A DNA stretch of 64,000 bases, from assembly GCA_963730915.1 (NCBI GenBank), contig CAVSTR010000004.1:609114-673113 (forward strand), given 5' to 3'. Origin of the DNA: an uncultured Gemmatimonadales bacterium (lineage in GTDB: Bacteria > Gemmatimonadota > Gemmatimonadetes > Gemmatimonadales > GWC2-71-9). Each line of letters starts with the position of its first letter. Position 1 is the first letter of the stretch. The translations under genes were made by a program, and so were the position numbers. Shown piece by piece: positions 28,366-37,266 of this stretch. The notes beneath the pieces are model-generated. The model had not been told where the DNA came from. It did no database searches and saw nothing but the letters and a program-made list of their open reading frames with translations.

Positions 28366-29334
28366 TCATCGTCCCGTCACTCCCGAGCCGATCACATGAA
28401 TCTGCTCCGACGAGAACAGAACTACCATCCGGAGCAGGAACCCTCCGAGCAGGATCAGCGATGCACTCTGCATCAGCTGCCGCGGAGCGTGGGTTTCTCC
28501 TCGTTCCTTGAACAGAGGCCACAGTATCCCGAGCCCGACCACACCGATGAGCAGGAGCGCGCCCCATGGGCTCAGGTACACCCGGGCTACCGAGCCGAGT
28601 GAGATCAGGAACGCGATCAGCACCAGCAGCTCGAGGATCAGCGCGTTGCGGTCGAACCAGACCAGCCAGCTCAGCGTCCCCATATCAGCTCGCCGGCGGA
28701 GCGCCAGGAGAATCAAGGTGGCTGCGCCGGTGGACGCACCGGAAACGAGAAACAGCAGACCGAGCAGATGGGAATCGGCCCACACTGGCCGGTTGGTCAC
28801 CGCCAGCAGTACTCCCGTATACCCCGCGATAAAGAGTCCCGCGACGCTCCCGAGCACCGCGATGATCGTTCGAGGAACGGGCCGCCGGAGGGAGCGGACG
28901 GCGGGAGATTGGAGCAACCTCAGCCTGGGCCAGTCTTCACCCAGGACGGAGAGCATCGCCAGAAATGTGAACAGCCCGAAAACCGTCAGCCCCCAGGAGC
29001 CTACCGACATCGGCACCCATGCCTTGAACATCGGCTGGCCGGTGTGATTCTCGACCAGCATGTGCCAGAATCGCAGCGGACGGTTGAGGTCGACGGTCAG
29101 GAGCAACCCGCTGATGAGGACGCCGATGAACGACAGGTAGTAGCCCAGTCGCACGATCGGTCGGGCAGGCAACCGGCGGCTGCCCGTCGCCGACCAGTCG
29201 AGCAACGAGACCAGCATGAACGCGGTGCCGGCAATCCCGCCGATGAAGAAGTACAGCAGAATCCACCAGGTCCAATGCGGTGCCGCCGTGAAGAAGGTGT
29301 CAGACATGCTCGTCCCCTTCGCTCGCTCTTTCAT
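28366..29334 (-). CDS. NrfD/PsrC-family integral membrane subunit of the formate dehydrogenase
   Basis: 322 aa, about 8-9 TM helices. No obvious bis-His haem b pattern. Overlaps the fdhB 3' end by 35 nt. Confidence 0.7.
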   Translation of the reverse strand: MKERAKGTSMSDTFFTAAPHWTWWILLYFFIGGIAGTAFMLVSLLDWSATGSRRLPARPIVRLGYYLSFIGVLISGLLLTVDLNRPLRFWHMLVENHTGQPMFKAWVPMSVGSWGLTVFGLFTFLAMLSVLGEDWPRLRLLQSPAVRSLRRPVPRTIIAVLGSVAGLFIAGYTGVLLAVTNRPVWADSHLLGLLFLVSGASTGAATLILLALRRRADMGTLSWLVWFDRNALILELLVLIAFLISLGSVARVYLSPWGALLLIGVVGLGILWPLFKERGETHAPRQLMQSASLILLGGFLLRMVVLFSSEQIHVIGSGVTGR

Positions 29335-30094
29335 CCATCCGGCGCTTGCGAAGCCCCACCATACCCAGGAACGCGAGCACCACCGCGCCTGCGGTGGAGA
29401 AGAGCGACGTGGGAATCAGGTTCCGGGTCGGCATCGAGGGTGACACCGGCAGCCCGTATACCTCCGGCTGATCCACCAACAGATAGAACGAGTTGAGCCC
29501 GCCGAGGAACTTGTCATCCGCGCCGTAGAGATAGGCGCGCTTCTCGCCCGCGTCGTGGAGCTGCTCGACTCTCGCCTGCGCAGTCTCCTTCAACTCGCGG
29601 ATGGTGCCGAAACGTATCGAATCGGTGGGGCACGCCTGCGAACAGGCCGGCTCCATTCCCGCTTGGAGCCGGTCGTAACACAGCGTGCACTTCTGGGCGA
29701 CGTTGGAAACGTCATTGATCCCGATCACGCCGAACGGACACGCGGCGATGCAGGCGCGGCAGCCGTTGCAGGTATCCGACTGGATCACGACGGTATCGAA
29801 CTCGGTCCGGATGATGGCGCCGGTCGGACAGACCTCGAGGCAGGGCGCGTTGACGCAGTGCTTGCAGACGTCGCTCATCATGAGCCAGCGGCCGTCAACA
29901 CGGTCCGCACTGAACTGCTCCACGAACTTCACGTGGCGCCAGTGGATCCCATCGAGCCGGCGGGTGTTGTCGTAACTGTCGCCGCTCATCTCGTGTTTGC
30001 CGCCGCCGGTAGCGGGGAGCTGATTCCACTCCTTGCAGGCCACCTCGCACGCCTTGCAGCCGATGCAAACCGTCGTGTCGGTGTAGAAGCCCAT
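29300..30094 (-). CDS. fdhB: formate dehydrogenase iron-sulfur (beta) subunit with C-terminal TM anchor
   Basis: ORF 29300..30229 trimmed to ATG 30094 (MGFYTDTTVCIGCKACEVACKEWN). Four Cys clusters (CKHCVNAPCLEVCP, CNGCRACIAACPFG, CTLCYDR). C-terminal helix LFSTAGAVVLAFLGMVGL. Confidence 0.85.
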   Translation of the reverse strand: MGFYTDTTVCIGCKACEVACKEWNQLPATGGGKHEMSGDSYDNTRRLDGIHWRHVKFVEQFSADRVDGRWLMMSDVCKHCVNAPCLEVCPTGAIIRTEFDTVVIQSDTCNGCRACIAACPFGVIGINDVSNVAQKCTLCYDRLQAGMEPACSQACPTDSIRFGTIRELKETAQARVEQLHDAGEKRAYLYGADDKFLGGLNSFYLLVDQPEVYGLPVSPSMPTRNLIPTSLFSTAGAVVLAFLGMVGLRKRRMDERASEGDEHV

Positions 30095-30101
30095 GGGTTC
30101 C

Positions 30102-30203
30102 TGGCGGGGCAGCGGGGCAGCGGGGCTGCTAGTCAGCAACGGGTCACGACGGGCAGCGCTGGCGTCGACTGTCCCGCCGCCCCGCTGCCCCGCTGCCCCG
30201 CTG
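30102..30203. repeat. inverted octamer arrays (CAGCGGGG)3 / (CCCCGCTG)3 filling the fdhA-fdhB intercistronic region
   Basis: Left arm 30102-30125 TGGCGGGGCAGCGGGGCAGCGGGG. Right arm 30180-30203 CCCCGCTGCCCCGCTGCCCCGCTG. 54-nt spacer. By eye the arms pair at 22 of 24 positions. Confidence 0.85.
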
Positions 30204-30207
30204 ACCA

Positions 30208-33200
30208 TCACGCCTTCTCCACGTTGCATACGAACGCCTTTCCCTCGTGAATCGTCACGTTCGGATCGCCCACCAGTGCCGACAGACTATTCACCACATC
30301 ACCGGTCGCAACGCCCTCCCAGCCCCAGTGCCACGGCATTCCGACCTGGTGCACCACCTGATCGCCCAGCCGGAACGGGCGGAGCCGGCGAGTCACCAGC
30401 GCCTTCGCCCGAATCTGCGACCTCGGCGTGCTGATCCGGACCCAGTCGGTGTTCTTGATTCCCTTCTCGCTCGCGAGCTCGGGCGACAGCTCGATGAACA
30501 GCTCCGGCATCAGCTCGGTGAGCCACGGGTTCCAGCGGCTCATCACCCCGGACAGGTAGTGCTCGGTCAGCCGGTAGGTGGTGATCACATAGGGATAGCG
30601 CGGGTCGGCGACTCCCGACAGCAGGTTGTCGTCTCGTTTCCAATACTTGAACACGGGACTGCTCTGCTGCCGGTACAGCGCGTTTCGCACGGGGGATTCC
30701 GCCGGCTCGTAGTGGGTCGGCAGCGGGCCATCGAGGAGTCCCGAGGGGTTATAAAGCCAGCCCCGGCCGTCGGGGATCATGATGAACGGCTCGGTTCCCG
30801 AGAGCGCGTCGAGACCGACCTTCTTCACGTTGCCGGGCGCGCTGGGTGCCTTCGTCTTGGCGAAGTCGGGCGTGTCGTACCCGGTCCACTCCTTCCCGTC
30901 CCACCAGACCCACTTCTTGCGTTCGCTCCAGGGCTTCCCATTCAGATCGGCCGATGCGCGGTTGTAGAGCACACGGCGGTTGGCGGGCCAGGCCCAGCCC
31001 CAATTGCGCTCACTGTTCATCACCCCGGCCGGGTCGGCTTGCTTGTTGGCCGCCAGGTTCTGATCCGGTGCCGGATAGACGCCGCAGTAAATCCAGGAGG
31101 CGCAGGTGGTCGAGCCATCATCCTTCAGCTTGTCGAAACCATCCAGGTGCTGGGTGGGATTGCCGGTGACGTACCCGTTGATCTCGCGGAGTACCTTGTG
31201 GGCGTCCGGCTCACCCGCAGGAGTGATGACGTGTCCCGGATCAGGATCGAAATCCCATGTCAGGTTGTTGATTCCCTGATCCCGCGGAAGCTCGCTGTCG
31301 GCGTACATCTTCTTGAGCCGGAGGGCGAGCTGATGAGTGAACCACAGATCCGATCGGCAGTCGCCCGGTGCCTCCGCTGCCTTGAAGTGCCACTGCAGCA
31401 TCCGCTGGGTGTTGGTAAAGCTCCCGTCGATCTCCGCGGCCTGGGCGGCAGGCATGAAGAACACCTCGGTGTCGATGTCCGCTGCCTTCACCTCCCCCGC
31501 TTCGATCTCCGGCGCGCGCTGCCAGAAGGTGGCCGTCTCGGTGAGGAAGATGTCGCGCACCACCAGCCACTGCAGCCGCCGGAGCCCCTTCCGCTCCAGG
31601 ACGGCGTTGAGTGAGGTGGCCGGGTTCTGCCCGATGCAGAGCATTCCCTTCACCTTGCCGTCGGCCATGGCGACGAACATCGGCATGTGGGAATGGTCGC
31701 CGGTGATCTTGGGGTGCCAGTCGTAGCCGAAGTCATTCTGCGGCGTCGCGGCCTCGCCGTACATCGACTTGAGGTATGAGACGAGGAACTTGGGATAATT
31801 GGCCCAATAGCTGGTGGCATTCGCCTCGGTGGCGATGTAGTCGCGCAGAGTCTCGTGGGTCTTGAGCGCGGAGAACGCCGGCATGTAGCCATGAATACTG
31901 TGGTAGAGCGTCGGGATGTCGGTCGATCCCTGAATCGAAGCGTGGCCCCGAAGCGCCATGATCCCGCCGCCCGGCCGCCCCATGTTGCCCAGCAGCAACT
32001 GAAGCAGGGCGCAGCACCCGATCATCTGGGGACCATTGGTGTGCTGGGTCCAGGCGACAGCGTAGGCGAACGAGGTGGTCCGGTCGCGGCCCGAGTTTTC
32101 CAGGATGGTCTCGGCGACTTTGGTGAATGTCTCCGGCGGGCAGCCGGTCACTCGCTGAACCATCTCGGGGGTGTAGCGGCTGAAATGCCGCTTGACCAGC
32201 TGGAAGACGCAGGAGGGGTGCTTCAGCGTTGGATCGTGTTTCGTCGGGGGCGTGATCAGCTTCTTGATCACCTGGTCGAACGGCTCGCCTGGATAAGTCC
32301 TGGCCTGCTTCTCCTTGCGGCCCGGAGCCGAGTTCTCCTCGCCACCCCGGGGCTGGCCCATCTCGTCGCCCTGGCCGGCGTACTGCCAGGAGTCGGTCTG
32401 ATACTGGCCCAGGAAACCGTCGTACTCCCAGCCCGGCTTGTCCCGCTTGTACTCCATCAATCCGGAGAAGACTCCGTCCAATTCTTCGGTGCCCTTGAAA
32501 TCCGACCGGATGATGGCCGAGGCATTGGTGTAGTGGAGCAAGTACTCCTGGAAGAACGAGTCGGTCTTCCACCGCTCGTTGTTGATCACGTAGTTGATCA
32601 GGCCGCCGAGAAACGCGATGTCGCTCCCTGCTCGAATGGGGGCGTAGATGTCACACATCGCGCTGGTGCGGGTAAAACGGGGATCGACATGGATGAGTTT
32701 GGCCCCGTGTTCCGTCTTCGCCTTCATGGGCCAGCGGAACGCCACCGGGTGACACTCCGCCATGTTGGAGCCTTCGAACACGATGCAGTCCGACTGCTCC
32801 ATGTTGCGCGGGTAGGTGGACGCCGCGCCGCGTCCGAGCCTGGTCCCCAGACCGGGGACGCTAGAGGAGTGTCATATTCGAGCCTGATTTTCGATGGCGA
32901 CCACGCCGAGGCCACGGAGGAGCTTCTGCTGCATGTGGTTCCACTCGTTGTCGAGCGTCGCTCCTCCCAGCGAGAAAATTGCGGTGGTCTGGTTGATCAG
33001 AGTGCCATCGTCCAGCCGTTCGACGAACGTCTCGTCTCTGGTCTGCTTCACCAGTTGCGCAATCCGGTCCATCGCCCAGTCCAGCTCCACTTCCTCCCAA
33101 TCGCCGGCACCGGGTTTCCGATGGAGCACTCGGGTGGCGCGGTTGGGGTTTCTGAGCAGCTGATAGGTGGCGGCGCCCTTGGGGCAGAGGCAGCCCTCAT

Positions 33201-33447
33201 TGTGAGGACTGCGCTTATCGCCCTCGATGTTGACGATCTCATTGCCGATCGTGTGCACGACGATCGCGCAGCCGACGGAGCAGTAGGGGCAGACGCTGGG
33301 AGTAGCCTTTGCCGTTCGGATCCGAAGTTCCTGGGCCCGGGCAGTGGCGGGTGCCAGCGTGGCCCCGAGACCAACCAGCGATCCGAGGGCGGTGGGGGCT
33401 AGCCCGGCAGCGGAGGCCTTGAGGAATTCGCGACGGGAAAACGCCAT
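30208..33447 (-). CDS. fdhA: formate dehydrogenase catalytic (alpha) subunit, Tat-exported molybdopterin selenoprotein
   Basis: Joins ORFs 32872..33600 (trimmed to ATG 33447, Tat signal MAFSRREFLKASAAG) and 30208..32802 across an in-frame TGA at 32872-32874. Context ENQARI-U-HSSSVPGLGTRLGRGA matches E. coli FdnG ENQARV-U-HGPTVASLAPTFGRGA. FeS motif CPYCSVGCAIV. Confidence 0.9.
32843..32859 (-). ncRNA. SECIS-like hairpin downstream of the fdhA UGA
   Basis: mRNA reads UGA CACUCCUCUAGC GUCCCC GGUCU GGGGAC. The GGUCU loop occupies nt 19-23 after the UGA, the same spacing and loop sequence as I recall for E. coli fdhF (UGACAC...GCAGGUCUGCAC). Confidence 0.7.
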
Positions 33448-33470
33448 GCCTTCCAAATGCGGCGTAACTC

Positions 33471-33734
33471 TCACTTCCGCCGTGACGGGGAACACGTTTT
33501 CAGGAAGCGGAGCATTTCCGACGTGCGCTGGAAAACCCGAACGTCCGGCAGCGCCAGAGCCCGCTCCCGTGGCAACAGCTTCAGATCCAGGTGAGGCCAC
33601 CTGCCAAGGTGAAGTGCCGCCGCCGGCGCCCCCACCCGGATCGCGAACGCCTGGAGCTCCGCCACGTCATTGGTGGTGGAGAGTACGTGGGACCAGCCCC
33701 GGGCATAAATGTTTTCCTGATCCATCACGATCAC
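33471..33734 (-). CDS. DUF4031-like protein
   Basis: 87 aa. ARGWSHVLSTTNDVAELQAFAIRVG ... WPHLDL fits the GRxWxHLxSD..ELHxFAxxLG..HYD pattern of DUF4031 as I recall it. ATGA overlap with the upstream hydrolase gene. Confidence 0.55.
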   Translation of the reverse strand: MIVMDQENIYARGWSHVLSTTNDVAELQAFAIRVGAPAAALHLGRWPHLDLKLLPRERALALPDVRVFQRTSEMLRFLKTCSPSRRK

Positions 33735-34624
33735 CGGCGCCGCCCCTCGCCCAGGAACGCAACGGTTCGGCGGATCACTTCCGGGTCGCGTACCACCGCT
33801 CGGTGCCCGAGCCCACTCGTCGTGAGAAGCTCTGCGCCGGGCCAGGCTCGAGCGATCTCCTCGCCGTGAGAGTAGGGCACATCGGGGTCGTCACGGTCAT
33901 GCACGATCAGAGCCGGTGCCGTCATTCGCCGGGCCAGCGTCGGTATGTGCAGCTCCTCCCATCGAATCTGGAGCCTGGCTTCCAGGTTCCGGCGCATGGC
34001 ATCGTGGGCCCGGAGAGGGATCCGCAGATGCTCGGCGAAGGCATGAGAAAAGAGCACGACATCCGCCGGTGGAGCGAGCAGCACGGCACGATCCGCCTCG
34101 AGGCCATTCCCCATGGCGAGCGATACGGCGGCGCCACCGAGTGAGTGACCCACCAGGCCATAGGGCGATCCGACGGCATCGGCGACAGCCTTGAGCGCGC
34201 GCGAGAACTGCGGGAGCGAAGCCTGGTGGCCCTTCGAGGCGCCGTGTGCCGGCGCATCGAACAGCACAACCTTGAAGCCGCTATCCACGAGCGCCCGCGC
34301 CAGGCTGCTGAACCGCCCTGCTCGGCTGCCCCAGCCGTGAGCCAGAATCACGACCGGTCCATCGCCCCAGACCCACACGGCCAGATCCTGGTTTTCACTC
34401 TGAACGAGCTGCGTTGTTCCAGTCGCAAGGAACGCCTCCTCGGCGGGACGCGCCTCGTAGCGCGGCGGCCGGCAGAAGATGGATTCCGCCCAGCGGGCGG
34501 CGACGCCAGGCGCTACCGTGCCGACTGTTCGAAAGGCGGTGCGAAGCATCCAGAGGGGGGCGCGGTTCTCATCACCGGAGTATGTGGACGGCCGCCGGGT
34601 GGGCCAAGCCCAAAAGCTCCGCAC
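33731..34624 (-). CDS. alpha/beta-fold hydrolase
   Basis: 297 aa, GTG start. Nucleophile elbow GHSLGG, oxyanion-region ILAHGWGS, and C-terminal His region GLGHRAV. Confidence 0.75.
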   Translation of the reverse strand: MRSFWAWPTRRPSTYSGDENRAPLWMLRTAFRTVGTVAPGVAARWAESIFCRPPRYEARPAEEAFLATGTTQLVQSENQDLAVWVWGDGPVVILAHGWGSRAGRFSSLARALVDSGFKVVLFDAPAHGASKGHQASLPQFSRALKAVADAVGSPYGLVGHSLGGAAVSLAMGNGLEADRAVLLAPPADVVLFSHAFAEHLRIPLRAHDAMRRNLEARLQIRWEELHIPTLARRMTAPALIVHDRDDPDVPYSHGEEIARAWPGAELLTTSGLGHRAVVRDPEVIRRTVAFLGEGRRR

Positions 34625-34631
34625 TGAATGC

Positions 34632-34689
34632 CTACCGCCGTGCCGCCCATACCGCCTTACCGCCTTACCGCCCTAGTGACGAACGTCAC
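34632..34689. repeat. octamer array (TTACCGCC-type, 5 units) followed by palindrome GTGACGAACGTCAC
   Basis: CTACCGCC GTGCCGCC CATACCGCC TTACCGCC TTACCGCC (34632-34672), then GTGACGAACGTCAC (34676-34689). Located in a divergent promoter region. The unit matches the right arm of the 49.97 kb element. Confidence 0.8.
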
Positions 34690-34758
34690 CCGGGGCGGGC
34701 CGCCGACCCAATACAATGAACGGGGTTCCCGCTTCACATTCACTCGAGGAGGTCTTGC

Positions 34759-35127
34759 ATGTCAGATCCGAACGCCTTCGATCGGGTCTCGCCCGCGGAA
34801 GATTCCGGCTGGAAAGCTGCCTGGGAGACCGAGGACAACTACTGGTTCGAAAACTTCACCAGCCGTCCCTACGCGCTCGGTCCTGACTACTACGAACGCT
34901 TCCGGCCCGGCTATCGCTATGGCTTTGAATCGGCCCGGCACCACGTGGGTCGCGAGTGGGAAGATGCTGAAGCCGACCTCCAGGCCGGCTGGGAGCGGTA
35001 TCCTCACCGGGGCGAGAACCCGACCGCCTGGGACGAGATCAAGGCCGCGGTGAAGGATGCCTGGGACCGTGTGGTGGGGACCTCGACCGCTCGCTCCGAG
35101 GAGCGGAGCCCGAAGCCGCGCGAATAG
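34759..35127 (+). CDS. small Trp/Glu/Arg-rich cytosolic protein, unknown function
   Basis: 122 aa. No signal peptide or TM helix. W/Y-rich (WKAAWETEDNYWFENF, YRYGFESARHH). 15 bp upstream of the AAA+ gene. Confidence 0.55.
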   Translation: MSDPNAFDRVSPAEDSGWKAAWETEDNYWFENFTSRPYALGPDYYERFRPGYRYGFESARHHVGREWEDAEADLQAGWERYPHRGENPTAWDEIKAAVKDAWDRVVGTSTARSEERSPKPRE

Positions 35128-35142
35128 CTCTATAATCCGTGC

Positions 35143-36300
35143 ATGGCTGAATCCATCCGTGATCTTCTCTTTGGCGGCGTCTCGGGCGACCGTGACCTGG
35201 TCGAGGCCATCGAGCCGCGACGGTCGTTCGATGACGTCGTCCTTCCCGCCACCACGCTGAGGGCACTTAATCACGCCCTGGCGCTGGTGCGGAAGCACGA
35301 TCTGATCTTTGACAAATGGGGCCTGGCCGAGCGGCACTCCAGCGGCCTGGGTCTCGCCTTTCACTTCGCGGGACCGCCGGGAACCGGTAAGACGATCTGC
35401 GCCGAGGCGTTGGCGTACGCGATGGACAAGAAGCTGCTGGTTGTGCGCTACGCCGAGCTGGAATCGCGCTGGGTGGGACAGACCTCGAAACATGTGGCCG
35501 CCGTCTTCCGGGCGGCCGCCCGCCAGGATGCCGTCCTGTTCTTCGACGAGGCCGATGCAATCGCCGGCCGGCGCTTCACCTCGATCGGCGCCGCCTACGA
35601 GCGCGAGGCCAACGCCATCGTCAACGTCCTGCTCCACGAGCTCGAGAGCTTTCCCGGCGTAGTCATCTTCGCCACCAACCTCGCTGCCAACATCGATCCC
35701 GCGTTCGAGCGGCGGATCCGGACCCACATCCTCTTCGAGATGCCGGACGTCGAGGAGCGCGAGCGCATCTGGCGGGTGCAGCTGCACGCCCGCAAGACCC
35801 CACTCGCGAAGGACGTGGATTTCCGTGCTCTGGCCGAGGCATATCCTCGAAGCGGCGGTGACATCAAGAACGCGGTGCTGAAGGCGGCCCAGATCGCCAC
35901 GGTCGAGCCCGGGCCAGACTCGGAGAAGCGGATCCACCAGCGGCACTTCATCCAGGGAATGGCCGAGGTGATGTCCGCCGAAAACGTGATGTCGCAATCG
36001 CTCTTCGACGACCCGGGCGCAGGACCGATCGGTGGGGTGATGGAGCGTTTGGCTGAAGGCCAGGAGGAGCTGCGAGGTGAGCTCGGCGTACTCGTCGAGC
36101 GGCTCGACAGTCTGGATCAGAAGCTGCGTGCGCTGTCGAAGGACCATTCTACCGCCCGCGGAGAGCTGGAGCGCAGCCAGACGCAAATGGTCGAAACCTT
36201 CGCCTCCACTCGACAGCGAAGGGACCGCATGCTGGGCTATCTCACTGCCGCTGCGGTGCTGCTGTCGATGGGTGCTTTGGCGATATCACTGTTGATGTAG
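35143..36300 (+). CDS. AAA+ ATPase with C-terminal coiled coil and tail-anchor TM helix
   Basis: 385 aa. Walker A GPPGTGKT, Walker B VLFFDEAD, second region of homology FATNLAANIDPAFERR. Coiled-coil tail and terminal helix YLTAAAVLLSMGALAISLLM. Confidence 0.85.
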   Translation: MAESIRDLLFGGVSGDRDLVEAIEPRRSFDDVVLPATTLRALNHALALVRKHDLIFDKWGLAERHSSGLGLAFHFAGPPGTGKTICAEALAYAMDKKLLVVRYAELESRWVGQTSKHVAAVFRAAARQDAVLFFDEADAIAGRRFTSIGAAYEREANAIVNVLLHELESFPGVVIFATNLAANIDPAFERRIRTHILFEMPDVEERERIWRVQLHARKTPLAKDVDFRALAEAYPRSGGDIKNAVLKAAQIATVEPGPDSEKRIHQRHFIQGMAEVMSAENVMSQSLFDDPGAGPIGGVMERLAEGQEELRGELGVLVERLDSLDQKLRALSKDHSTARGELERSQTQMVETFASTRQRRDRMLGYLTAAAVLLSMGALAISLLM

Positions 36301-36327
36301 CCTCTCGCCTCAAGGACCTCAGGTCGT

Positions 36328-37266
36328 ATGCGCCTCCTTCCCCCTGTTCTCGTTACTCTCACTTCCGTGGCAGCAGCACAGTCTCCGCCGGCAAAGCTTC
36401 AGCCGGCGATGATGGAAGGTGTCCTTTCTACCGTCGATGACGAGTTGAACTCGGCTTTCACCCCCGATGGGCAAACCGTCTACTTCTCCAAGAATATCGG
36501 CGACCGAATCGGCGTGATCGTGGTGTCCAAGCGGGTGAACGGCGTCTGGGCGGAGCCGGAGGTTGCACCGTTTTCAGGACAGTACAGCGACTACGACCCG
36601 TTTGTCTCGCCCGACGGATCACGTCTGTTCTGGATTTCGAATCGGCCGGTAGACGGGAAGGAGAAGGAAGACTACGACATCTGGATGGTGGAGAAGCGGG
36701 GTGACATGTGGGGCTCGCCGGTTCATCTGCCAGCTCCCATCAACACCGACGCCGAGGAGTTCTACCCATCGGTGACGGCGAAGGGCACACTGTACTTCAG
36801 CTCTACCCGTCCCGGAGGGATGGGTCGTGGAGGAGACATCTACCGAGCGGCGGTGCAGGGGGGCGGCTACGGTGCGCCGCAGACAGTGGGCGACTCCGTG
36901 AACTCCGCCACCCACGACGCCGATCCCTACATCGCACCGGACGAGAGTTTCATCGTCTTTGCCAGCTACGGGCGTCCCGGGTCGGTTGGTGACGGCGATC
37001 TGTATGTGAGCTATCACAGGAACGGAACCTGGACTGCGGCGCGTCCCCTCCAGCATGGGATCAATTCCAAGGCCCGGGAGTATTGCCCGATCGTGTCGCC
37101 CGATGGCAAGTGGCTCTACTTCACCAGCTTTCGGGCTCCCCTCGATACGCCATCGAAGAAGCCGATGACGTTCCCGGAGCTGACCGGCAAGCTTCGGACG
37201 CCATTGAACGGATACGGAAATATCTATCGCATTCCTGCCGCCGCGCTCGACCTATCGTCTCCGTAG
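36328..37266 (+). CDS. secreted PD40/TolB-like beta-propeller repeat protein
   Basis: 312 aa. Signal peptide. Repeated xSPDGxxLxFxS blades (FTPDGQTVYFSKN, VSPDGSRLFWISNRP, IAPDESFIVFASYGRP, VSPDGKWLYFTS). Confidence 0.7.
   Translation: MRLLPPVLVTLTSVAAAQSPPAKLQPAMMEGVLSTVDDELNSAFTPDGQTVYFSKNIGDRIGVIVVSKRVNGVWAEPEVAPFSGQYSDYDPFVSPDGSRLFWISNRPVDGKEKEDYDIWMVEKRGDMWGSPVHLPAPINTDAEEFYPSVTAKGTLYFSSTRPGGMGRGGDIYRAAVQGGGYGAPQTVGDSVNSATHDADPYIAPDESFIVFASYGRPGSVGDGDLYVSYHRNGTWTAARPLQHGINSKAREYCPIVSPDGKWLYFTSFRAPLDTPSKKPMTFPELTGKLRTPLNGYGNIYRIPAAALDLSSP

Noticed and set aside
28055-28567. 170-aa minus-strand ORF bridging fdhE and the NrfD-like gene
   Set aside because: It spans the REP-like element (translating to ...RMTPLVGLLL...) and overlaps both neighbours. 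No motifs are present.
30094-30229. Longer FdhB start (ATG 30229, or the in-frame ATG at 30206-30208 that overlaps the fdhA stop codon)
   Set aside because: The extension would translate the octamer hairpin (GAAGQRGGG...SSPAAPLPRQEP). Conserved FdhB sequence begins at MGFYTDTTVCIGC (30094). It is kept as an alternative in the relevant finding.
32872-32874. In-frame TGA splitting fdhA, considered as a nonsense mutation or pseudogene
   Set aside because: It sits at the exact position of the catalytic selenocysteine in FdnG/FdhF-type enzymes and is followed by a SECIS-like hairpin with the correct spacing.
30247-33402. 455-aa and 515-aa plus-strand ORFs antisense to fdhA
   Set aside because: They are shadow ORFs opposite a strongly conserved molybdopterin oxidoreductase frame.
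34762-36186. 474-aa ORF on the minus strand covering the small-protein and AAA+ genes
   Set aside because: It is antisense to a gene with clear Walker A/B motifs. The product is low-complexity Arg/Gly/Leu-rich with no motifs. This is a typical high-GC shadow ORF.
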